From a virus (Duplodnaviria > Caudoviricetes), in the IMG/VR virus record IMGVR_UViG_3300032233_001607, positions 1 to 45,205 of that record: a stretch of DNA of 45,205 nucleotides; one strand, 5' to 3'. Position numbers and translations under genes: made by a program. Of this stretch, positions 9,280 to 19,400 are shown in pieces. Under the pieces are notes generated by a model. It was not told where the DNA came from and did no database searches. It saw only the letters and a program-made list of their open reading frames with translations. How positions within the stretch are numbered: position 1 is the stretch's first letter; every line of letters begins with the position of its first letter.

Positions 9280-9712
9280 TGTCTTCTGGATTTGATTGTT
9301 GCTTTAAAAGTTTTGCTAATTCTGCAGTAGATCCAACAAAGAGAGCATTCGTTACATTAGTTGGACCTTTTGATCCCCTATCTTCTTCAACATCTTTCAA
9401 TTTCTTTTGAAGATCCATCAATTTATCAGTTGCATCTGCAACATTCTTAATTAATTGTCCGGCAACTTCATATGCTCTTGGCATTTCACTTTCTCCGGCA
9501 AGTTCTAAGATGCCATTGATTGCTTCTTGCCCCTTTTCTATGAGTGCATATAGATTTCCCCTAGTATATTCATAATCTTTTTTGACATCATCAACTGAAG
9601 ATTTTATGTTTTCTATTTTTTCTAAAGATGATTGTTCCACCTTAGTATCGACAATTTCACTGCTGACATTAAAAGTATCGTTTAAATTGTCAAATTTTTT
9701 TGTCATTTTCAT
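9275..9712 (-). CDS. gp16: Terminase small subunit
   Basis: DYEYTRGNL, PRAYEVAGQLIK, TNALFVGSTAELAKLL. Lies between gp15 and gp17. Confidence 0.93.
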   Translation of the reverse strand: MKMTKKFDNLNDTFNVSSEIVDTKVEQSSLEKIENIKSSVDDVKKDYEYTRGNLYALIEKGQEAINGILELAGESEMPRAYEVAGQLIKNVADATDKLMDLQKKLKDVEEDRGSKGPTNVTNALFVGSTAELAKLLKQQSNPEDK

Positions 9713-9714
9713 TT

Positions 9715-10716
9715 TTATAATGTTATTCCACTAAATCCAAAATCATCACCATGTTTGATAAGAGAATTATCTGAAGTAGTAATTGACTTTACTTCTGCTC
9801 CAGATAGATGAGACATAATTTTTGAACCATCCATTCCCCTAGAAACTGTTAAATTATTATTTGCCTTTTGCTTAACATAAATTTCTTCGCCATTTATATC
9901 AATATAAGTATTTGCAGAAATTAGACTAGAATCATTAACCTTAATTATAGTGTCTTCGGTAGTAATATCTTGTGAAAGATTGGTAATAACTACTCCAGTA
10001 TAATTTTTCGTTGCTCTTGGTTCTGTTGCATAAACAACTGTTCTCGTTGGATTGTCCGCACTTGCACCAGTAATGTAACTGACAGAAGCCTTTTTGATAA
10101 TATCTTTTGTTGCAGAAGAAACTGGTCCGAATAGATATGTTTTGGCAGTAAATCTTAATGTATATAACAAAACTCTTCTAGTACTAAAATCTCCCTCATA
10201 GTCATCCTGCATTGTAACATTTTCTAAAACTATGGGAATATCTCTCTTCTCGTTGATTGATTCTACCAACTCAATTGTCATATTATATGAAGGTTGGAAA
10301 TATGGTAATATCTGTTCTATAATTTGAAGTGCATCGTCATTAAGTTTGCACATCAACGAAAGTTCAAATGCCATATTATATGGAACTGGCATATATGCTT
10401 TCTTTACTTCAGTTCCATTGGTTGCGTCTTTTGTTAAAAATGTTTGAGTTGTAGTTACTTTTCTTGAAGAATCGTATGTCAAACCAGTAAACTCAAATGA
10501 CATTCTTGGTAAAGTAATTTGAGTTGATTTATTCAAATCTGGAGATTGTTCTAATCTTGCAAGAAATTTTTGAGTTGGTCCATATGCTAACGGAACTTTA
10601 ATAATATCAGTAACAACACCAGAAGAATCTGTATGTTTTATTGAAATATTGTTAAATAAAGATCCGAAAGAAATGACGGTTCTCCTTAAAATTTCGTTAT
10701 AAAAATATTCAAACAT
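9715..10716 (-). CDS. gp15: Tail sheath stabiliser/terminator with C-terminal extra domain
   Basis: YFYNEILRRTVISFGSLFNNI, VPLAYGPTQKFLARL, LPRMSFE, QIIEQILPYFQP. Confidence 0.95.
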   Translation of the reverse strand: MFEYFYNEILRRTVISFGSLFNNISIKHTDSSGVVTDIIKVPLAYGPTQKFLARLEQSPDLNKSTQITLPRMSFEFTGLTYDSSRKVTTTQTFLTKDATNGTEVKKAYMPVPYNMAFELSLMCKLNDDALQIIEQILPYFQPSYNMTIELVESINEKRDIPIVLENVTMQDDYEGDFSTRRVLLYTLRFTAKTYLFGPVSSATKDIIKKASVSYITGASADNPTRTVVYATEPRATKNYTGVVITNLSQDITTEDTIIKVNDSSLISANTYIDINGEEIYVKQKANNNLTVSRGMDGSKIMSHLSGAEVKSITTSDNSLIKHGDDFGFSGITL

Positions 10717-10757
10717 TTTATTAAGACCTTTTGTTACTAATTAAACATAATAACTTT

Positions 10758-10765
10758 TATTTATG
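10758..10765 (-). promoter_or_regulatory. Late promoter-like CATAAATA upstream of gp15
   Basis: ATAAATA core overlapping the gp14 stop. Confidence 0.55.
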
Positions 10766-12203
10766 GCATACCAAATGGATTTCTTTCTGAGAAATCAATT
10801 ATAAGATCTGCTTCTCTTTCTATATCAGTATTATCAGAATACCCATCATCTACTGGATTTACTTCAATCAATCTCAATTCATGATAAGCTCCTGAGGTTT
10901 GACCGGTAATAGTCTCTCCAGCAATAAAACTGCCCGTTATATTTGATACTTCTAAAGTATTTTTTATAGAATTCCAATTTCTTACTCTTGCTCTCACACT
11001 GCTTGCAGATCCAACAACTATTTCGTTAAATTCATAATCTCCAGATCCAGAAGATTCTGGAGACGCAATAACAACGGTCGGTGCAGAAGTATATCCCAGA
11101 CCAGCATTTGTAATCCTAATTTGCGAAATTGTTCCTGCAGCACTTACTACTGCATAGGCTTCCGCAGAGATATTATATGTAGAAATTCCAATAAAACTAA
11201 TATTTGGTGGGGATGCGTATCCAGAACCACCTGATGTTAGTGAAATTCTACCAACAACTCCATTACCTATTGTTGCAGTTACTGCCACACCAGAACCGCC
11301 ACCACCATAAAGAGCAACTTTTGGTGTCATAGTATAACCAAAACCAGAATTTATAACTTCAATAGATTGAACTGACTGCATTGAAGGATCAATATTATCA
11401 TTACATACAACAACTCCACTAATCATAGTCGCAGATCCTATTCCAGTCAGTCCTCCGACAGGCGCTGAAGATATTCCAACTCTCGGCACAGATGAATATC
11501 CACCTCCCCTATTGCTAACAGTAAAGAATCTAATGCCACCGTTAACGACAGTCGCTGTTGCCGATGCAGTGATAGCAGCACCAACCAATGTCAATGTCTG
11601 TATGCCTCCGCCAACAACATTTTCAGTTGAGTCGATTCCGTCTGCTTCATTAAAGTCGTTTGTTCCTTCTAAAGTATTGTCAATTTCTCCAATACCAGTA
11701 TCGATAACTTCATTTTCATATCTAAACAGTTCACATTTTAATTCATAGGTATAATTTCCTTGAAGTTGGTAGAAAGGTTTCTCATGCTCCACAAATTTAA
11801 TCTCAAATAATCTATCTCCAAGTGGGAAATATATCAAATCACCTTCTTTCGGTCTATGAATTAATCTGGCGTTAGAAATTTTTTTGAGTAGTGGTGTTAT
11901 GTAAGTTTCAAATCTTTCTCTTGATATTGTAAGTGTTAACTCATTTAATGCCTGAATACCAAATTTTGAAAGGATAGTTGTATTGTCTCCATATCCCTCA
12001 ATATTTTCAACATAAGCTTCGATTGGATATGCATCTTCAAATGCAGATTGTATGACTTCCTTAATAACAGTTTTTTCTGTTAAGTATTGTCTTGGCAAAT
12101 AATGAACTTCTACGCCATATATTTGTATTTGTTCGTTAATCAAATCTTGGATAAGATTTTGTTCGCCTTTGGAACCTTGAAGAAAGAAGGGATTAAGTGC
12201 CAT
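10761..12203 (-). CDS. gp14: Neck protein with inserted GxGY beta-repeats
   Basis: EQNLIQDLINEQIQIYG, RPKEGDLIYFPL, FEIKFVEHEKPFYQL, C-terminal DFSERNPFG. Confidence 0.95.
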   Translation of the reverse strand: MALNPFFLQGSKGEQNLIQDLINEQIQIYGVEVHYLPRQYLTEKTVIKEVIQSAFEDAYPIEAYVENIEGYGDNTTILSKFGIQALNELTLTISRERFETYITPLLKKISNARLIHRPKEGDLIYFPLGDRLFEIKFVEHEKPFYQLQGNYTYELKCELFRYENEVIDTGIGEIDNTLEGTNDFNEADGIDSTENVVGGGIQTLTLVGAAITASATATVVNGGIRFFTVSNRGGGYSSVPRVGISSAPVGGLTGIGSATMISGVVVCNDNIDPSMQSVQSIEVINSGFGYTMTPKVALYGGGGSGVAVTATIGNGVVGRISLTSGGSGYASPPNISFIGISTYNISAEAYAVVSAAGTISQIRITNAGLGYTSAPTVVIASPESSGSGDYEFNEIVVGSASSVRARVRNWNSIKNTLEVSNITGSFIAGETITGQTSGAYHELRLIEVNPVDDGYSDNTDIEREADLIIDFSERNPFGMP

Positions 12204-12207
12204 ATAC

Positions 12208-13053
12208 TTATCCTATCATATCGAATGGTGGCAATTCGTAAGTATTTGACATCTTTTCCATCAAAATATCAATTTCTTTTTGGGCATCATCATACAACTG
12301 TCTTCCATTCAATTCCACTCCACCAGGAAGTTTTACTCCTTGGAATTTGATAAGATTTTGTCCCCACTGTCTCTTTATTAGTGAGGTTAAGTATGGTTTA
12401 ATGAAGGAATCATTCCAAACTCTTGCATAATCATTTGGATTTAATGTGCTAAAGCAATCTAAAATTATAAAGTCTCCTGCTCTAACTCCAGACCAATCAA
12501 TATCCAAATAAAGTCTATCTTGTCTTTTATTGAAACGTATTTGTTTTTGAGTTGTTAACAAGAAATCCAAATCTTCTAAGTATGTTTTAACCATTGCATA
12601 ACTTAAAAGTTCTGTTGTGCCCCAATAGTAAACATCATTCAAAAATAACTGATACTTAACACTAAACATGTTGTTGGTGATGGTGTTTGTACCATCATAA
12701 TGAAATATTTTAGTTACGCCAATTATATTTGGAGGAACCTGTAAGTAATTGCTATTTTCGTAATATGTAAAAGTTGTGGCAGTACCAACTATATTTGCGG
12801 TAGCCGACGTACTTGCCAGTCCAACAGGACTCTTATCCACTGTTGCGGTCCCTCTTGCAACATCTTGTTCGGTTATTTTATATTTAAAAAATGTTGGGTA
12901 AACACCATCAAAATGCCTTTCCTGAAAAAATTGAATGGCATCATCTACAAGATCATCAATTTGTTCATCGGCAACATTAATCTCCAAAACTGGCGCCCCC
13001 AGTTTCCTTTTACAGTAATCTATTAGTTCCTGTCTAGTAGATGGTTGCGCCAT
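12208..13053 (-). CDS. gp13: Neck protein
   Basis: LIDYCKRKLGAPVLEINV, HFDG, KRQWGQNLIKFQGVKLPGGVELNG. Confidence 0.96.
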   Translation of the reverse strand: MAQPSTRQELIDYCKRKLGAPVLEINVADEQIDDLVDDAIQFFQERHFDGVYPTFFKYKITEQDVARGTATVDKSPVGLASTSATANIVGTATTFTYYENSNYLQVPPNIIGVTKIFHYDGTNTITNNMFSVKYQLFLNDVYYWGTTELLSYAMVKTYLEDLDFLLTTQKQIRFNKRQDRLYLDIDWSGVRAGDFIILDCFSTLNPNDYARVWNDSFIKPYLTSLIKRQWGQNLIKFQGVKLPGGVELNGRQLYDDAQKEIDILMEKMSNTYELPPFDMIG

Positions 13054-13073
13054 TATTTTTTACCTATTGCAAA

Positions 13074-13081
13074 TATTTATA
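13074..13081 (-). promoter_or_regulatory. T4-type late promoter TATAAATA upstream of gp13
   Basis: Exact TATAAATA 21 nt before ATG 13053. Confidence 0.8.
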
Positions 13082-13259
13082 GTTGTATTGAAGGTGATAA
13101 ATTAAGTATTGCTTCTTGCTGCTTTAAATATAGCTTGTAATAGCACTTTGCAATATCTCTCAAATTATTTGCATCTGTTATATTATCTATTTCAGATGCA
13201 AATTTAAAATATTCAAAACTTTTGCTTAAATTATCTAATGTTATTTTATCTGGATCCAT
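13077..13259 (-). CDS. Hypothetical protein (60 aa)
   Basis: Packed between neighbours with GGAG SD. LSKSFEY...KLYLKQQE type small phage protein. Confidence 0.8.
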   Translation of the reverse strand: MDPDKITLDNLSKSFEYFKFASEIDNITDANNLRDIAKCYYKLYLKQQEAILNLSPSIQL

Positions 13260-13473
13260 TTACAAGACTCCTTAATAAGTTTTTTATTTCTTCAAGATCA
13301 CCTTTCATATTAGCAACATCTGACTCAAGATTTTGTATCTTTTGAGACTCTTCACCCTTTACATTTCTTCTTGAGATATATTCTAGATGTTCTGTCATGT
13401 CAACATTGATAATTGAATTTGTTCTTGGATCTCTTCTTAATTGATTGTGACCCTCCACTCTATAATAATTCAT
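13246..13473 (-). CDS. Hypothetical protein with C-terminal coiled coil (75 aa)
   Basis: ATG 13473 (MNYYRVEGH..LRRDPRTNSIIN) sits immediately after the 2806-aa stop. C-terminal heptads. Confidence 0.8.
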   Translation of the reverse strand: MNYYRVEGHNQLRRDPRTNSIINVDMTEHLEYISRRNVKGEESQKIQNLESDVANMKGDLEEIKNLLRSLVNGSR

Positions 13474-13474
13474 A

Positions 13475-16400
13475 TTATGCAAGAGCAATTACTCTTAGAT
13501 CCTTCATTCTTGGAACATAAACTTGATTGGTTGAAGTTAAAATTAACTTAATTCTATAAGATCTGAAAGATGGGAGATTATCTGCAGTAAAACTATATTC
13601 TTTAAACTCAATATTTTCAGATTCAAATCCTAAAGATTGTGTCTTGGAAACAAAAATGTCAGATGATCCAGTATTCTTTGAAATATCAATAACTCTTCCT
13701 CTAGCATCCAAGTTTTCCCATCCTGGGAATGGAGTATAAATTGGTGTAAAGTTTGAGGTTTCGGAAATTGCATAAAAAGCGCGAATATCACAATAGTTAT
13801 TAATATGCGAAGAAACTAAGATCTTTAACGAAGTTGCAGAATTTTCTAAAGAAATTTCTTTAGAAAGATATTGGAATGCAGTTGGATCTTCGGCAATAGT
13901 ATTAACTCTACTATCGTTTACATAATCAGTAATAACTTGATTAACTCTATTTGAAGTGAAAATGGCACTAACTCTTTGAGTATCGATAATTGGTGATAGG
14001 TAAGTATCTGTAGTTGATAGAAGCACTCTCATATTAAATGATTTATTTCCAGGATAATTATCCAACTTATCTACTTCATTTACTCTAGAAGAGATTAATC
14101 TTGGACTTGAAACATAATTTGGTTTGTTAATTGAAATAATCTCATATCCCTGATCTGTATATGGCAATTCATTTCCACTAATACTCGATGCAGAAACAGA
14201 TCTCATTTCTGCACTAATTGAAGTTCCTTGTACTGTTACATTCTGAATTACTGGGGTTATTACCTCAAATGGAATATTTTGAGTTGAAAATACGTTTGTT
14301 CCTCCAGATGATTTTGTCTGCTTAATGTATAATGTTGGATATGTCAATGAATTTGAACGATTAACACCGTTTGTTGACGTATCAACTTTTACATTATAAT
14401 AGTTAAAATTGAATGGATCAGTTACAGTAACATCTTGGGTATTGTGCGTTGTATTAATTCTTCTTAGAGAAATACCATTTAATTCATACTTATAAACTGG
14501 AGTACCTGCAGGATAATTTGTTGCAGTTCCACTTATAGCTCTTACTATTGGACCTTGAATTGCTCCAGAAGAAACGTTTGTGTATGAAATTACTTCCGTT
14601 CCAATAATTAAATATCCTGGATTCTGAGCACTAACCGCTGCATTTTCAAATGTGCCAAATTCCGTAGAATCTTCAACATAAATTGTCGAGTTTGAATCAA
14701 ATGCAACTGGTATACTTAATTTTGTTGCTTTTGTGTCTGGTTCAATTCCACTTAAAACGACCAAATCTTGACCCGAATACATTCCATGATTCTTATGATT
14801 AACTTTAATATGAAGACCATCATTTTCAATATCAATAGAAGTTGCTAAAAGATTTGCTCCAGCACCGTTAATATTAGTAGAAATTCCAACACTATTTGTG
14901 TATTGTAATGTGTTTCCAACTCCAGTTAAAAAGTCGCCTTGAATATTATCTAAAATTAATTGATTTGTTGCGGCAATAGAAACCAGCGAGAATCTTGCAT
15001 TTGTTCCAGTATTAAATGCGCCTATAGAAGTAATTCCAAGAACATCACCAGATTTATAACCACTTCCACCATTAACAATGGTTGCTGCAATAGATACTCC
15101 ATTGTTAATGGTTATATTTGCTGTAGCATTTTTACCAGATCCAGTAATACTTGTAAGTGATATATTATTAAATGTTAACCCACCGCTCGATGGGGTATAT
15201 CCAATACCAGCATTAATAATATTGAGAGTTCCAGTTGCACTTCCAGCAGTTCCTACAAGATTTGCAGTTCCTCCAGATTGCAATTGCGAAACTGTATTGC
15301 CAACTCTAATTCCAGCATCTGTTAATGTTGATGATATTGAAACTCTAATTTTTCTTGAATTGAATTTCAATGGATCTGGAAGAAGGTTTGCAATTTGCTT
15401 ATTGCCTTTAGTAAGTTCTGGATTATAGAACTCAACTGTACCAGATTCTAGGAAATCTGCTCTATAAAGATTAAACTTAAGATCTTCCCACTGACTTGCT
15501 TCCCAAGTAGAAGCATTTTGAGATTTAAATAGAGATCCTAGATATGGTTGATTTGAAATATAAGTTTGGGTTAATAGATCGTTTTCTCCAATTCTTGAAA
15601 TATATACGCTATATTTGGTTGAATTGGATGCCAAACAAATTGCATATTCTTTTTCACCTTCCAAATAAACGGGTGCCTTAAAAGTAAATGTGGTTGCAAT
15701 AGATCCATCTGCAGAAGTATTAATTTGCTCCGGATCCAATACTATTTCAGAGAATGGAAGAACTTTTTGTGTTGGATATCCATTTGCCATAGTCCTAAGT
15801 TGGAAAACGACAGGAATATTCATATCATCCTTTGACCTAAAGTATACATCACATCTGGTAAGAAAAACTCCTGTGCTATTATCAACTAAGAATGATTGTG
15901 CTAATGGATCATACCATCCAACTACAACTTGTCTACTTGACTGAGAAACTACAGTACTACTAACAATCTGCGTTCCAGTTGTTCTCGATGCAGCCCTTTC
16001 TTCAAACTCCTGCTTATTCTCAATTCTAGCATTTCTTACTGAAATGATATTTTCTTGAACTGTTTCTAAAGTTCCACTTGAAATAAATGCTTCTTCTGCA
16101 ACTGTTGTGGCAGCATTTTGGTCGTTTGCATCATTATTAACAAAAGTAAGAGTTTTTGTTCCAGTTTCAAATTTGGGATGAATGTTGTTATTTGGATTTG
16201 GAACAAAGAAACTACCATGAAGGTTTGCAGCTATGTCAGAAATCAACCTGACATTGGTAATAGTTGCTTGAGCACCACTTGTTTCTCCAACAAGAGTCAT
16301 TCCAGATTCTACCCACCCACTAAATGTTCCCTGCGGTTGATTTGCAAGTGAGAAAGTATCTACGTTTAAGATATTTGATGTTGAAGAATATGTATTTTGT

Positions 16401-19400
16401 AAGATCTGAGATGTATATGGATTTTGTGGGAAGGAAATTGTTGGTGCATCATAGGGACCTTCTCTATGATTTGAAGCAGCAACTCTAAATGTAATCTTGG
16501 GAGAATCTGAACCAAGATTGCCATTTGACCCAACTCCTGTTCCAATTGTAGTTCCAGATACGTTTTCTCCAACTTGAAAAACTCCAGATGTCATACTAAT
16601 TTCTAGAAGTTTTGGTACACAATATTTGGTAACATTTACTCCGTCAAAGAATGCATAAATTCTTGTCAATGGTTTAATTCTTTTTGCAACAAACTGAATA
16701 TTCCTAGATCTCATGAATGGAACAATTGACCTATCAACAACTCTATCTCCAACAGAAGTTAAATCAAACTGTTCGCTGATAACTGTTCTTGTGCCAGTTC
16801 TAGAAGTTACTCCAGTATCTCTAACCTCTAATAATTGATCCTGAAATACTGTAGTTGTTTGGGTGTCAACTATTGCTGCAGCACCACCACCTCCTTGCCA
16901 TCCACCACCAGAAACAACAGTTCTTGTTTGTGAACCCCTAACAGTTTCTGTACCCGTCCAATTAGTAACCCAAGCATTCCAAATAACAGGTGCAAATCCT
17001 GTTTGAGGATCTACTCCTTGATTCTTAACCGCATTTGCTAGAGTTTCTGCGTAATTTCCTTGAGTTTGAATAACTTTTGCTTCTAAACGAGTTGTATCAA
17101 CCCATGTATCAGAAGCTGGAGTAAGTTCCAAAGTTCCTTGCCAAAAACTAATTAAGAAAGGTGTAACGCTTTCTGATCTAGTTGCAAAAGTCTGTTTTAA
17201 CCATTCTACTTCAGAATAATCTAGTGTTAATATGTCACCAGTTTTTCTTACATTAATACCTTCAATATCAGTAAATGATAGATCTGCACCGGGAGATATT
17301 CCAGTAGCAGGACCTGATGCCAAATCTACTGATGTTGTGTAGTGAGATGGTCTCAGTTCTTTAAATGCCAAATCAATACTATTCTTATTTCTATCACCAG
17401 TAATAGAATCTTCTTGTGCCAAGAGAGATGTAAAGTTATCTACAAAGAAACCTGATTTGAATCTATTCAGTCCATCATTATCTGGAATAAACAAATTAGA
17501 TGTATTGGATTCTAACAAAGTGAGAGCAGTATAATACTCTAGATTTTTAATTCTATCTTCAAGTTTTTTGATATCGACCATTCGATATCTCTTATGACTT
17601 AAGAATTCTACCTTGGCATCGGATACATTATAAAGATATGGTGGAAGTGTAATAGTTGCTATTTCTAAAGAATCGTCAATATTACCTGGTTTTTGTAATT
17701 TTTCTGAAGGATTTCCATATATTACTTGGAATTTGCCATCTTTTGTTAAAAATAACCTATCAATTCTTCCAAGATAATAAGAAAAACTTATATTAATTGA
17801 TTCATCTGATGCAAGAATATTGGACGAAGAATTTCCAGAGTTATTAAATACTCTTCCAAAAAATTCGAGTGGTGATCTTGAATTTTCTAAAACTTGATAA
17901 TTCGATACCTTAGGGCGAATGTCAATGATGTCAGAGTTTCTTATTCCATTAGTGCTTAGTATATCTTTTCCATAGGAAAAATTGGAATATGAATTTACAG
18001 TTGTTATATCGCCATCATCCGTAAGATCATAATATGCGTTTGCAAAATAAACCTTAACTTTATAATATGGTTCCTGCGATTCAGACTTTCTCTTCAATGT
18101 GCCATAATTATAGAAAGTTTGTCCCTGACCTGTTGTAAAGGTATAATTTGGAGAAATTTCTTTGGATGGTAGATCTAAGGCAGTAATCTGAGCTGTTGCA
18201 CCAGATTCTTCAAAAAGAATAGTTTCTCCTTCTTTAAAGGTATTATTATTTTTATAGAGGAAAGAAATTTTTGCATTACCAAGTTTTTCTGCAACTATGG
18301 CAGATGCTTTACTTGATTGTCCTACAATTTTTTCGCCAACAATTAAATCATAAGTTTGAGTAATTGGTCCAGTTATTGAACCAATATCCATAGTTGGTGC
18401 GGATGGTTCTGTAGAAGAATCTAGAGATTCGAATATACCATGTACTTCGATAATATCTGAAGTATTGAGAGAAAGAACTTCGTCTTGAACTCTAGTTCCA
18501 AATGGATAATTACCAAATACTAGTCCATCATCAAATGTTTGTCCTCCAGTACCAGATCCATCATATTTTGATTTATCAATAACAATTGAATTGACCTTAT
18601 TCTTTCTCTTTACCTTTGCTTTTGGTTTATTCTTTCTTAAAGTTGCAATCAGGGTTGCTCCAGTGTCATTTGAACCTAAGTTATAAATTTGGAGAGTTGA
18701 TGAACCATTAGTAAATGAGAATTTATCGGAAGTTAAAATTTCGACATTTCCATTGGATCTTATGAGAGCATATCTTTCTTCATCAAATGGTAAAAATGCC
18801 TCATTTGTTCCTGCATCAAGTGCAGTTGATAACTGATTATTTGAAATATTTACATTAAATGTTTTTCTTATAATCAAATATGAATCTGTTAAATCAACTG
18901 ATGCTATATTATTTTTTGGCAGTCTTGTATAGAGTGTATTGTCCGTAGATGTCTCTAACTGAGTAGAAATTATATTTAAGTCTGGAACTGATAATGTAGT
19001 TGATGGAAGTTTTCCTTCACAAATATTTGTGACCGTAGTTACACCAACAACTTCTATATAATTAGTTCCAATTTGGTATGTTTTTGCAAAAACTGGATCA
19101 GTTAATCTTGAATCAAAATATGAAACTAAATTTCCAACTTTAACATAATTTCCAGGGAAAAGTAAATTTGTGGAAATTATTTTACTTGAAAAAATTGGAG
19201 TTGAGAAATTAACTACATCTCCAGGGATATATGGGGCAAGATTTGTAAATGTAACCCCAGTTCCCGTAATCATTGAGGAAATGTTATTATATGTTACAGC
19301 AGTTCCAGCATTAATTTGAACTGCTGTAGTATTTCCTGCTCCAATAAAGAAGGATGATGAACCGACTGAAGTAACCGATACATCTACTAGACTTGGGAAA

